A DNA stretch of 58,251 nt, the filler included, from Sluysia triapertura (Eukaryota), in NCBI GenBank assembly GCA_046118255.1. It is 4 parts of 4 records of this genome, joined end to end, with 100 filler letters (N's around TTAATTAATTAA, not from the genome) between each part and the next. Parts side by side here need not be neighbours in the genome. Positions count along the whole stretch, not along the records: positions 30,542 to 46,977 come from JBJNIA010203818.1; positions 47,078 to 58,251 come from JBJNIA010187867.1; 2 more parts are not named here. The stretch is one strand, 5' to 3'. The notes below the pieces were generated by a model. That model had not been told where the DNA came from, did no database searches, and saw only the letters and a list, made by a program, of their open reading frames with translations. Within the stretch, counting starts at the first letter, position 1. Each line of letters begins with the position of its first letter. Made by a program: the position numbers and the translations under genes. Of this stretch, positions 40,983-54,950 are shown piece after piece.

Positions 40983-42760
40983 TCATAGACGATTCGTCGT
41001 TCCAAATGGTACAGGATTACTAGGCCATAGAATAATATTGAAGTTAGTTGATAGCATTTCTTTATGAGTAGATATAACATCCTTCTGATTTTCCACATAA
41101 GGATGATCCATGGTTCTACCATTCTCTAATACATACATGTTAATATTGTCTGAAACCATTGCATTAGGAGAATTGTATTTTAAGACTATATAACGAGGTT
41201 TACGAAAAATGAATGATAACAAATATTCAACATAATAAGAATATTGCGTGAAACTAATAAAAATCAAAGACACACAATCTCTCTAAAACTATTAATTTAA
41301 TTCGAATTAATGTTATTAATTTTATAAATTTTAAAAATCAGCATAAACATATTACTCAATTTATTCATATACTCTAATTTTAAATCGATATAAAGGCCTT
41401 CATAATTCCTAAGGATTAAAATGTTTAAGATCAAAAACTTTAAAATTCAAACTAAAAACATTAAGCTTGAAAATAAATTTAAAACTAATAGGTTTTAGAG
41501 ATTTTAAAATGGTCCATATACTTTGAGATGTAACATTTTGAGATGTTTTCTTTAGACTCATCTGCGGAAATATTCGTCTCGATTTAAAATTTCGTTTCCT
41601 TTCTTTGATTTCTATCCGATATTGCCAGTAATTATTGGTTAAAAATCGACGAACGCGTAAAGTTTCTTCTGTAATTTGACGTGATTCTAATTTATTAATC
41701 ACTTGTATATTAAATCTAATAATTGTCTCTAAACCACAATGTGACAAAATTTGTTTAAAATAATCAATCATAAATGGATGCTTTAAAACTGCATAATCAA
41801 CTGACGTTTGATTCGATGCTGAATCACCAATAATTTTGTACAAATAAGCTAAATGAGTTAAATGACTTAAGAGGCTGTTGGAATCACATAATTTTAGAAA
41901 ATTCGACAAACAATTCATAGACGATATCATATCATTGGGTTTACTGGTATAAAGAATTGTTGCTAATAAATTGTTTTGCTTTAATATGTACTGACATAAA
42001 TGGTAAGCGAAACTAAATTTAAAAACTAAATTATGAATAATAATTGCAAAAAATGAAACACTGCATTTGATATATTTTATATAGCCTCTTAGAATAAAGT
42101 ATTACTAATAATACATTTTGATATATTTTAAAATTTAAATACTGCTCTAATAAAAATAACGATGCAGAATCACAATGTTCAATCATTGTGGTAAAAAAGG
42201 TGACACTTGTCACTGCTTAAGAATTGTCGACGTGACAAACTTTACTGATGATTTGAAAACGAGCTTGGGAAGAGCTTTAGAAGAGCTTGGAACGATATCT
42301 CATAAGTTACACGAGCTTGGATTTCTAGGTTAAGACACTGCTCTGAAGTGCAGGGACGATATTTTGAGCATCTATGACCGTAATATAACGTATGCCTTTA
42401 AAAATAAACAAGTGTTTGACAAATTTTACGCTTTTCTAGCGACCACCCTGTAGTTTGTTTATGCGAAAAAATAATTACAGGTAAAAATTTTTCTAAAAGG
42501 TATATAAACATTCGATATGTAGAAATATGCATTTGTTTCAAAGAATCAACGGACAATTTATCATATTTGTTGAACGACTGCTTGAAATTGTTAATCAATT
42601 GAAGATCCCGAAATCAATTATTCCATTTGTTACAATTATTAAATTTAATAATTTTAACCATTTGCTCGATAATTAAACAATTTTTGATTTTCTAATTGAT
42701 CATATGATACACGTGAGCTTTTGTCATTGTTTTATTGCATTAAAAATTCAAACTCATTTT
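40983..42760 (-). pseudogene. Spliced, damaged gene of uncertain identity (possible USP9X/24/34 N-terminal-like copy)
   Basis: Collinear ORFs 42398-42598, 42031-42213, 41409-42010 and 40983-41273 with splice-like ends; interrupted by a mariner end; weak similarity to the USP34/USP9X N-terminal helical region. Confidence 0.4.
42215..42452 (+). mobile_element. 3' end of a Tc1/mariner element
   Basis: Encodes TRAWISRLRHCSEVQGRYFEHL* (typical transposase C-terminus), followed by a TIR ending GACCACCCTG-TA. Confidence 0.75.
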
Positions 42761-42825
42761 TTAATAAAAAATATGTAAATTTATTTAAACTTATAAAAAT
42801 TTTATGTTTGATTCATATACAATGC

Positions 42826-42864
<39 letters not shown>

Positions 42865-44111
42865 TAGTGTTTCATGTGTTATATATTTGTGTATTTACTG
42901 AATAAAAGATTATAAAGTTTAAAGTTTTCCTTTCTTAATTCTGGGATTGAGAAATAAGGTTTAGGGAATTAAGATTATAATTTATATTGGTTACGCACTT
43001 TAATATCGAATAGAAGAGACGAGTATCGAACTATTCTCCTAGACAAAGAACATTTAATGCATTAAAATCGATATACTATAAAATGAAAATTTATTAGGAT
43101 TGTAAAGACTCAACTTTAAGACATTAATAGTAGATTTTTTCGTTTTGCCTTGTACATAAAGCACAGACCAATAAGCTTATTGAGAAGAGGAAATTATAAA
43201 TCCCTACATTAATTATTATTAAGAGTAAATTTCACAAAATGTTAGACTTAAATTAAATTGACACGTGAGACTTCATAAATACGTAATACATACTATTATC
43301 ATAGAGGAGATTTGAAACCTAATTTTAAAGTTTTAAATTTTACAATTATAAAACTGGCATAATCGCAATTTGTGGCTTGGATTATAAATTTATAATCTTT
43401 TCGAATTTAACAATTTATTTTTAACAGTGTCTCTAATATGGCAATAAGCTACATAAGATTGAAAAATAATGCTGAGAACATTCATCGTTAATCGAAACGT
43501 ATTTGAAGATTTTAGTATCAAATCACAGTAGTCAAAAATAAGTAAAAAGTGAGATGAAAAGAGCTATGATAGAAGCATTAGTTAATAGACAAAAATATTC
43601 ATAAATAAATAACATCTACAATTTTTTTACCTCAGGTAATTTTTTAAAATTACAGAGCATTCGAGTTTTAAATTTGAAGTGGACAACACAAAGTTTGGCT
43701 AGGACTTATAATGTAGATTTTCTACTAATTTCGAGATAGCAAAAAATGCTTGAATAACTTAATGAAATAATTATTTCAATAGTTACAAAGTTTTATATTT
43801 AACAGTTTTTTGCATAACAATATTGTAAATTGATATTTTCAATGTATAAGTGATAGAATATATTTAACACTATATCATTTATTTAATTTTTTGTTATTTA
43901 TTGAATTTAAATTATTTTTAAGTTTGCATAAAACAAGTAAAAATCCTCCAACTAGCAATTGCTTACTGTTACACACGAAACAAAAATGTCGATAAAACTT
44001 TTGAATAGACACGCAACCACAAAATATAAAGGTTAATTAGACAATAATTTAGTTAATTTAAATTTCTTCATAATTCCAATTTAATAAATAATTTATTTGA
44101 ATCAAACTTAC

Positions 44112-45590
44112 AATCCTTTTGAGACTGCATCTAGATGTTTATCCACGGACAAACAATATTGATGAAGAATCTAAATTTTAAGATAAACAATAATATTTTT
44201 TACTTACGCGTAAATGGTTAACAGCAATTGATTTTAATGTATCATTTTCACTTTTTATCAAACAAATCAAATATAAAACAATATCAATAAACGATTGAAT
44301 TACTGAAGACGAATCCATATTTGATTGTGACAAATCACTTTCAGAATATTTGAATTCGAACTCTAGTTTACAACACAGCCATACAATACTGAGAACATTA
44401 TATTTTGATATGTCTAATAATGCTATATTATTATTGTTATTATTGTTATTACTGTTATTACTATTACTATTACTATTACTATTACTAATACTATTACTAG
44501 AACTATTACCATTACTATTACCATTAAGTTTTTCACTGCTTTTATCAATTTCAATTAAAAGATAGTCAAAATCAATTGAATCGTCGATAACTGATTTAAT
44601 TGTTTTAATCAATAATTTTGCCGATGATTGAGGTAACAATATTAACTCATTTGAAATTGGCTTCAATAACAATGAAGTGTTTAATTTAACAATATAATTT
44701 AACAAAGACTGGCGCATAAGAAAATAATCCTTAGGAAGAAATTTAGGATCTAACCAATCAATTATCTGAAATTAAAAAACAAATCACAATTACAGAAAAT
44801 TTTAAAATATAACTAAATTCCTTCAAGCTTAATTATATTCTCACGTGAAAAATTTAAATTACAACAAAAATATTCTGATTATTTATTTAAATTTAAAAAG
44901 TACATTAACTAACCATCACTAATAATTTCATGCATAAGAAAAACAATTCGACAAAAGAATCAGTAAATTCCATTTCAAAAAATGACTGTAGAATAGCAAA
45001 ACCTCGAAAATCGCAAAAATAACATATATTTTGTAATATGAGAACTGGTACCACTTTCTAAAAATTATAAAGTAATAAAAATTATCTTACTGGAATTAAA
45101 CAATAAGTTTGCAAAGAAAGTAATATATCCGAATCTATATCACTTTTATTTAAGGTGAATTTGCTTTTATTAAATAAATTAAGACAATATGACATATTTA
45201 AAACTCTGGTTAAACACTTTAAAACCAAAATAATATCATCTAATGACCATTCATAATGTTCGTGACAAGCCATTGAAATAATCCATGACTCAAAATTTTT
45301 TAAAAAAGAATCTGTAATATACTGAATTTTAGTGCTTATTTTATTTGCACTTTCTTTTTGGTTATGAAAACAAGAACAAAGTGATCTAATAATAAAATAC
45401 AAAATTAAAATAATACTGTTCATCCAAGGTGAAAAAATATTCCGATAGATTTAAAACACCTGATTTATCAAGTGTATGACAATCTTAAAATCACCGTAAA
45501 TATTATATAAAACACATATATACCATTATTTAGTTTACTGAAAACTAGAGAACATTTTGAACAAGAACTGTGCACTTTCTGTTCATTCAT
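44112..45590 (-). CDS. USP34: USP34-like ubiquitin carboxyl-terminal hydrolase, N-terminal six exons
   Basis: Exons 45590-45524, 45483-45417, 45385-45091, 45057-44914, 44765-44208, 44170-44112; GT-AG introns of 40, 31, 33, 148 and 37 bp with consistent phases. The protein (CSKCSLVFSKLNN...SLCSCF...EWSLDDIILVLKCLTRVL...VPVLILQNICYFCDFRGFAILQSFFE...IIDWL...MRQSLLNYIVKL) is collinear with the recalled USP34 N-terminus (CENCADLVEVLNE...QCLCCF...WSTDEKEKLLLCVAKIF...VPLHLLRYVCLFCGKNGLSLMKDCFE...IRIWL...FRTYVIRYLCKL). Catalytic domain not seen. Confidence 0.75.
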
Positions 45591-46414
45591 TTCACTTTAA
45601 AACTTTTAAAATGTTTAATATGAAATAGAATGTCTTAGCAAATTTTTTTCATTTCAATTAATTTAAATGCAAAATTACAATAAATTCAAAATATAAATTA
45701 TCATAATTTATAAAATATTATTAAAATCAAGGTCATTATTATTTAAAAAAATAATTCATTAAATAAATTTAAACGTTTATAAATCTAAATAATATGCATT
45801 ATATTCATTTTTTATATAATGCTACATTAAACGTTAATTTTATTTTAAAAAATATTTGTTTAAAAGCTAATAACAATTACATTCCAATTGTCGATTTTTG
45901 ATGACAAATTTTAATTCAAATATCATAATAAATACTAACGAGATTTTTAAAATTATTAGATATGGAAGTCGTATGAAAATATAATTTAGGTTTGAGGATG
46001 CTGTAACATTTCTATTCAATAGTAATTATTTTTGCTCCTGTAAATAATTTCTCTTTTAATTATTATTTTTATCATAAATTGTATTCTTTTATTTTCTTTA
46101 CTTTAGTTTTGATTTAAGAAATTTAAAGCCTGCTTAAGACCTTGGCGAAACTAAAATAATAGATATTAAACGGTAAATTAACCCATAATAAGTAAAACAG
46201 AATATTAATTAAATAAAGCAAAAACCTATAAATCTAACAAAATTCTGGAACGTTAATTAATTAACATTGGTTTGATTTTTATTCTTCGAAATATGTTTTG
46301 TTAGTAGGCTAACGTAGTAATAAACTCTAAAAAATTTTAAGCAAGAATTTTCAAAATAGGTGTAGTTCAAAAATATAGCAAAGTTCAAAAATATAATTCG
46401 TGATAGTATAAAAA

Positions 46415-46977
46415 TGTTAGGATTATCCAGTTAGTGAATAGAATTTAAAATATATAAGAGAAAATGATATACAATAGCTGAAATATGATAATGTAAACAT
46501 AATTAAACATTTCTAGAACAAGAATAATGAATAGAAGTATGTTTATAATCATTTTGAAAGCGAAGAATACTCTGATATTTAGACCTTTGTGAAGACTTGA
46601 GTAAGGCTTGGAATGATGTTTTGAAGTATGATGATACCTTTGAATTTTTGAACCTTTGGATTATTTTAGACCTTGTTAATCTGTTAGAGCTTCTTAAGAC
46701 CCTTGAAACCTTCGAATAACTTTGTAAAAATATTTGGAACCTTTGATATGTTCAAAGATTAAAATTATAGTTAATGATATTAAAGCCAAATTTAATACAT
46801 TAATGATTAAAATAAAAAAAGTAGAAAAAGGAATCAGAATGGTGAAGGTAAAAACATCTAGAGCCTCCTGAGCACCTCATAAAGTATCTAACAACTTTAA
46901 AACCATGATAAAACCTTTAAACTTAGAATAAAATAAGTTAAAATAATTAATTAATTAATTAAAATCTTAATTAACTT
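46415..46977 (+). repeat. LTR-like repeat family A, diverged 5' part (truncated by contig end)
   Basis: Starts TGTTAGGATTATCC; shares GGAATCAGA..GGTGAAGGT, AACATCTAGAGC and ATAAAACCTTTAAA with 8210-8350. Confidence 0.8.
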
Positions 46978-47077
46978 NNNNNNNNNNNNNNNNNNNNNNN
47001 NNNNNNNNNNNNNNNNNNNNNTTAATTAATTAANNNNNNNNNNNNNNNNNNNNNNNNNNNNNNNNNNNNNNNNNNNN
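46978..47077. other. Assembly linker (N44-TTAATTAATTAA-N44)
   Basis: Identical 100-bp spacer. Confidence 0.98.
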
Positions 47078-50000
47078 GGATTATGGGTGCAAATTAATTT
47101 TCATAAATTCGTAATGTTTTCTATGTCTAAGGATTAAATAAGATTTGTATATTATTCTAAATTATTAAGTCATAAAAATTTGTAAAATTACTTCCAAATT
47201 ACTCGAACACGGTACCTATAGTTTTGGTTAATACTCTCAAAAGTTATAATATTCATTTTTGCCTGTAATTTATTAAATTCATGCTATATTCAATTTGATA
47301 ATCAATATAATCAATTTATACTAATATAATAAATTTAATATATATAATTTATATTAAGTATTTATTATTAAATAATTATTAATTTAGATATTTTCGGTGA
47401 GGATTTTATTTTTTTATGAAAGTCATTTTGAAATATGTGATTTTAATTGTTTGGTTTGATATTTAAAATTTATATAATTAAATGTATATAATTAATTATA
47501 TAATTTATATAATTAATTAAATTTATTTAATTAAACCAAATTTCAAAATGATTGGCTATTTTAAATGTATCGTTTAGTCATTTTAATTAGAATATGTTTT
47601 AATTTGATTGCATTTTTGATTTTTATTAATTATTAATTCTATCTAATTTATTTATACGAAATATAGTGATAATTATTTTTGTTTTTATATAAATCTTTTC
47701 CATTTAATATGAAAGTGTATTGCATTTTCATTTTTGTCACTTGATATCGAATATGACAAATATTTATATTTATTACAAATTATTTATTATTTTACATTAC
47801 AAGTGACAAAATATATTTGGCAACTAATTATAAATTATGGACAAATTTTATTTCAATGATTTTTAATTAATTTAAATTTATTTAAAAATTTATTTAATTT
47901 ATGATAGTTTAAAAATAGTATATGAAATCTGTAAATTAGTAAAAAGTATATTGAAAAAGCATTTCCTCAGAATAAAATAAAAGTCTAACCCGAATACTGC
48001 TTAACCTTCATTAGCATTAACAGAAACTTTCTGAATCTGGTTTTAAGACTGAATAATTTTTATACCAAAATAGAAATTAGTTGAAAAATATTAATTTCTT
48101 AATATAAATATGAAATATTTTAATATTATTTTCTTAACAAATTATATTTAGTTATTTATATTAATTGTTTTATTTTTTTGACTTTCTTTTACTAAAAATC
48201 GAATATGTTTTAATTTAACTATTTCTTCAGTTTACTGAAACTTTTGTATCAAAATTGTAATAAAAATAATCATATTTTTGTTATTATTTAAATAATTATT
48301 ATATAAATTTGAATTTTTAATTTTTTATTTTATTAAAATTTGTTTTTTTTTACTATTACTATTTGTAAATTTAATAATGTTAATGATGAATTAAACATTA
48401 AGTTACTAGTTGTATTAGAAATTAAAAATTTTACTTCGCTTTTATTTCAGTGATCACTCTAATATTATAATAATTTTGTGTAATTTTAAATGCATTAGGT
48501 AAATAATTTGTTATAGCTTGTTATAAATTATGCTTTAATTTTATTGTATTAAAAACCTATAAATAAATAAAGACCACCTAAAAATGCCGATTTTATACGT
48601 AATACTTTATAATAATTATTATTATCATACGTTCGGATTAATTTTAATAAATTTGAAAGTTTTTCTACATCTAAAAATAAATAAATGATATTATGTATTA
48701 TGATAAAAATAATAATATTAGCAAATTCTTCAAAAATTAAATGTTCAGTCTTCATAAGTAGACGCATTATCAATTTCGTATTAAATTTATATTTAAATAT
48801 GGTACAACAAACGCCTATAAAAAGCATTTAAGAAAAATATATTCTGGCACAATCCAAAGAATCATTTTCAATCAAACCCGATAATAATGTTTTAACATTC
48901 AAATATATAAAAATCGAATAATCCAAGAAGTCAAAGATAACAAAAATAATTTTTCTTTAACATTATTCTTAATATTTTATTTTAAAATATTTTTAAATTT
49001 TAAATTCCTTTTTTACTACTTTTCAATATTATCGAAAAAATAAATTTTTTTAAATTTTTACTTGACATTTTCATTATAACACAACCTTAGAAAAAAATGA
49101 AATTAAGTTTGAAGAATGTGATTAAAATTTGTTTTAAAATGTTTGAATATATTGAAGGAAGATAATGAATTTTTCAAAAATTCAAAAAAATATATCGAAA
49201 ACAGAAAAAAATGGTTAAAGTATCTTTATTTTTATATCTTTAAATTTTTAATTTAAATCTTAAGCACAGATAATATAAAACGACAAAATAAAATAAAATA
49301 AGACAAGAATTTGTAAATTTTTCTCTCGCGATGGAAATCTTTTAGTGGAAATATTTCAAATGTTTCCTGCAAAAATTTAATTCTACAGAATGACACTTTT
49401 GTTTTATTCTTATGCAAAACGCGAATTAGTAATTATAGTAATTATAGTAAATATAAAGCAATTGTTTCAAACTCTACAGAAGCAGATGAAAGCAAACATG
49501 GTTTCAAGTAAAGAAGTAGCATTTGTTCATTTATGAATCAAAAAGAAAATTCACAATAATTTTAAGAAAACTAAATTGTGTTAATTGACCATTTGGAATA
49601 ATAATAATGATAATAATAATAATAATGTAATATTATTATTTATATAATATTATTACATTCATATATTTACTTCTGATAACAACGACGAAATAAGTACTCA
49701 AGAACTTAAATTACGTCATTCTTTTAGTATTCCTGAAATAGAAATAACTGAGTCTTCCAAATTTTTTAAAAATAAAATCTATATAACTCATTACTTATCT
49801 TTTTCATTATATATTCTACATGAATTGTTATGTCTTTAAAATAATATGTTATGAGAGATCTCACTTTTAATTGAAAACCGATTCTCGCTGACTGAATGCG
49901 ATTTTAGCATTTTTGAATAATACTGAGTAAACTTATCTAATACTATAATTTGTATTATTTGCAATTTATGAATGAAAAATATAGCGATAAGAAAAATCAT

Positions 50001-50142
50001 TTAATATCATAAATAATTAATAGAATAACAATGTTTTACTACAAAACATTAATTTATTTTTTCACAATTTAATACTTTTGTTTAATTAGATAAATTATAA
50101 AGATAATATAGTGTATTTTCATTTTTGTATATGATATTTTAG

Positions 50143-50903
50143 GCTACCTTGTCTGGAATAAGTTTCAGTACCTACTTTTCCGATGGTTGGAACAAACTTG
50201 ACACAGCTGCTATATCATGTTTTGTAATAGCATTTATTTTACGCTCTCTAACATATGCTTCTACAACAAGTGTTGGTCTTCAAAATATAAATTTTCAGTA
50301 TTACCTGATTTTAACTGATCAAAAATTTATAGCTGCCCAAGTGTTCATGGCAGCCAGTCTTTTCTTTTTTTATGTCAGAATCATGTACATTTTCAGTTTT
50401 CACATAGCACTAGGACCTAAACTAATTATGATTAATAAAATGGTTAGTTGTTATATATTTTATATATATTTATTGCATATTTTATAAGTAATAATCTTTT
50501 AAAGTATTGATTTTATTTTGAAATTCGATTTTTCAATGTCATGAATATAAATGATCTATTATTTGAAGTTTTCAATGATATGCTTATTATGTAAATTCTA
50601 TTATAAAGATTATTGTGAAAGATTAAACTTAGATTTTAAAGTACTTTTATTTTAGAGATACTGAATTAATAGATGATATTCTTTATCAATTCCTTTTAAG
50701 CCTTTTCTGTTGTCTATTGGGTCTATTTGATTGGTTATATAAATATTAAGTAATATTTCAATGTTTTTACTTTTTTTTGTAGATCTCAAACGACTTAATC
50801 CCATTTATGATTATACTGATGGTATTTACAATAGGATATGGAGTCACCTCGACATCCATGGCTTTACCACTTGGTTTACAGTTTACAGACGCTATGTTAG
50901 AAA
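50143..50903 (+). CDS. TRPM cation channel (TRPM_PZQ-like), two exons encoding S3-S4-S5
   Basis: Exons 50143-50442 (phase 0/0) and 50783-50903 with AG/GT boundaries. Encodes YFSDGWNKLD...FYVRIMYIFSFHIALGPKLIMINKM|ISNDLIPFMIILMVFTIGYGV, carrying the TRPM hallmarks 'WNxLD', 'LGPK' and 'YGV'. Confidence 0.93.
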
Positions 50904-53900
50904 GTGAGTCTTTTATTTTGCTATATATAAATCTTCAGTTGATGAAAAATGTGAAATATTAAAAGAATATAAGAAAAAATAATAATACAAATTTATATGA
51001 ATCATTATTATCGTTTAAACACATTAAATACACTAAAAAGACAAATTTAGAGTCATTATTTTTGATAATTCAGAAATTACTAAATCTCTTTTTAAAGTAT
51101 ACCTTTTAGATCCAATAATTTTAACGAAACGTCTGAAAATAATATTTCATTTATTTACACAACATAAATAATAAAGGAACAAATAAATTCTTTTTCTTAC
51201 AAAATAATCAATTGGTAATTAGTTTGGGATCCTGTAGAAAATAAATTTTCATATAATTTTTATAAAGATTTTTAAGAACCGATTTTATAATTATTATGAT
51301 ATTATTAAATATTAATTATTAATTAAATTATTAATTAAATAATTTTATTTTCATTCATTATTATAATTGAAAATAATTTCTTATTCTTAACAAACAACAA
51401 AATAAATTTTAGCATGGTCTGCTCACAGTGCACGACTTAAAACGTACTGTAGGCGTGCCTGTAACTAAGTGATAACTCGTAACATATTTTCACGTATTAA
51501 CCTCCTAACCTACATAGGTTAATTGGCTTTATGTTGAATCGAGGGTGTAATTCTTTTCTTATCAGTGGTGTACTCTGTCTTAAACTTAAAATTTAATGAC
51601 TTATTTTTTCCGAAAAACTTATCAAATAATATTGCAATGATCGTTGAGATTTCCTAAAATAATGTTATCGTTTGACTTAGTCAACTTGTCGAAATTTTTA
51701 TTTATATAACTTCTACCAAATTTTTTCATGGAAAAAGTCAAACTGATACTGTAATTAATATTTTTAATAAAATTTTGAAATAATGTTTGTAATGCAAAAA
51801 CAGTTACATAAAAGTGGTGGTTACTGCAAGATGATAATAAATAATATAAAAGAAAAAAACAAAAATATTTGTTACGATTAAAGTCCTAAGATCTTTAAAA
51901 TATAAAGATAAATTAGTTTAGAGCTATTTTAAACCTCATTAAAACGGGCAAAAGATCAGTTTAACTAGATTTTCGGTATATTATAATTTTCACAAAGTGA
52001 ATTTCCTTAAATAAATATTAAACTTACTAAAATAATACTAATTTAAAATCATTTTTCCAAAAAACAATGTGGCGAGTGAATAGAGAGAATTGAAATAGAG
52101 TTTTATAAAATAACTTCTAAATTAATTATTGTATAATGGAATTTATACTGTTTACGCGGTTTATGCACCAATTATTATCCAATGGCATTGAACCATGTTT
52201 GACTTTATTTGTCTATAAATTAAGTACTTGTATTAGTAACTTAACAAAAAATAAAAATTTTAAAAATTATTTAAAACTAATAATTATGATTTAGTTACCC
52301 ACTCATTTTAAAGAGTAGTTAGTATTTGCATAAAAATAGAATTAAAACATTATTATTATCAATTATGAATTATTGTTATATATATGTGTGTGAAAATTTA
52401 TTGTTTTTTTTCTTTAATTAATATACCTTACGTGAGTCCTCTATGACACTGGGCTTACGCACTAAAGGACCAGCGCATAGATGTCAGCGTTGAAAAAAAT
52501 AAATATGGCCAATCGTTCGTTGTACAACAATTAATATTTAAATTTTATTTTCGACCGAAAAAGATCAATTCGATTATTTAATGTTACTGGAAGTATATAT
52601 GCTCTCCTTAAAATAATCTATATATTTTAAAAAAATTTTGACTATAAAAATTAACTTGATACGTCAAGGAATTTTAATGAATTCACAATGTTTAATAAAA
52701 TCGATCAAAAATATTCAATGTCTCATAACGTTTTATAAAACTAATATGCAATTGTTAACAATAGCAAAATTTATTATATACACTTTTTGAACTACTTATT
52801 AATAAAAGGTATTATACTAAAACTTATAAAATAATAACTAAGATATACAACGTTACAATTCTTTATAATTTCAGAATATAAGATATTATTAATATTAATT
52901 TTCAATTAATATTTATCTTAAAGATTTTGGATGATAATTTATATAATAAATAAAATTTATAAAGAACAATTGATTTATTTAAGTTGATTTTATAATTTTT
53001 TATTTAAATGATATCACTTATCAATTTACAAAACTAACGATTTTTTACTATCACGGCAATAAATAATTAAATCAAATATTCTCCAACAATTAATTTTCGA
53101 CAATACTCAATTCTTCTTCAATAGTTAATATTAAACAATATTCTAATAATTAGATCAATTCCTCTCCAACAGTTAATTCTTTTGACTAATTTCATTTTCT
53201 TTAATAGTAAACATAATGTAAATTCGATTCTTGTAAATTTTAAAACTATGTACATAATTAAATTATTTACTCCTAAATAAATGGTGTTAGGAGTCAAAAA
53301 AACACATTCGAATTTTGGACATGCTATCAGACCAAAGATTGCGAATTCTCTTGAAAATTTTATATTTATTTTTAAAGAAAATGCATAAAATTTATTAGAT
53401 ATAAATTTCAGAACAATTTTATAAAATATATAAGTAATAATATTCATAATAACTCCAATAATATTCAATTTGTATATACGAAATATATTTTCTTAGATAA
53501 CTGTGTAAATCTAAATAGAATTTTATATAAGGATCCATCTATCTGTAGAAATATAATAAAAAATATATTTAAAAACTTTTTTCTAACAACAATAATGTTA
53601 TCAATTACAGACAACATCAAATTGGACACAATATTCAGCACAAATCTTCCCAACACGACATCCATGAAATAACCACATTCACATCTTCATCCATCAACAA
53701 CATAAAACCTAATAACAATTTCAATTTTAACAACATCCAACAAAACACCACCATCACATCTATCATCTCACAAAACGTTAGAGTACCTTTTGCAAGGGTT
53801 CTGTCTTAAGAGAAACCTACTTAGCAAAATCGTTAACGTCTGCAGGAGAGTTCGGCTAATTAGAGACGGTTTATGTCACTAGCTGACGACGGTCTAATTA

Positions 53901-54950
53901 GACTTATAAGTAACGCAAAGAAATTAACTGTTAAAAAATAGTCACGATTACGGCAAAATCGGCTGGTAGCAATTAGTAGAAAAGCAAAATAGTTAAAATT
54001 AATAACCTTATTTATACGTTAAAAAACCTTTTTACGGTCTGATTAAAATTATCACGGATTTTATATAACACAAATCAATTTGACTACTGAATAATTTTTT
54101 ATTCTACCCAACTGTGATAAACTTTATAATAAAAATTTGTAACAAGCTTTACAAGAAAAATCAATATAATAATGATAGTATTTTAGAATCTTAAGATTTT
54201 TATCTTAGATTTCAAAATATATAAATTTTAGCTAAAGTTTAAGTCAGCCTTTTTACGGTCTGACATTAGGTTAAATATTTTAAGTCGGATTTTAGTCCTA
54301 TTCAGATTAAAATTAGGACATGCATAAGAACCTATAGAAAATTAAATTACTTTTTCGTGGATGATGATTAAATCAAAGTTTTCTTGATAGCCAAATCTTG
54401 ACGATTTTTCGATTTTAACCTCTGTATCTATTTCTATATATTTTATCAAAAATTAACTTATATGCTGATTTTACGTCCGCCATTTTGTTTGTTTATCATA
54501 TTATTTCATTCAAACAAATGACTCAATTTAAATAACTAATATTTTATTTTTAATTTTGGCAATTTCAACTAATTTTAGATATTTTTGGCTAAATCGGATT
54601 TTAATTTTGTTTAAACAACTAATTTAAATTACTTTATATTTTTACTAAACAAATTATTTATATTTATATAATTATGATAATATTTACATTTTCAGGATAA
54701 AATAAATAATGTCAACAATGAAGTACATAATGTAACAGTAAAATCATTTAATAATAAAAATTAATAAAATAAATCAGTTTTAATTAATAAAATAAATCAA
54801 TTAATATGATGAGTTAATGATAATCTGTCGTCTTTTTTCCGATTGTCTTCTTCCAATCTTCCAATTGTCTTAGAAAACCAACATTACTCCTCCGCGGGCG
54901 AGGATATGTCCAAAAATCTTCAAAAGTCGATGTCTAGGTCAACCTCGGAA

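Noticed and set aside
42960-43130. Similarity to 24390-24570 (shared AGAGACGAGTATyGAACT)
   Set aside because: Probably old copies of one retroelement, but the alignment is too short to define or classify.
44350-44565. Poly-Leu plus-strand ORF
   Set aside because: Antisense of the Asn/Ser low-complexity tract in the USP34-like exon.
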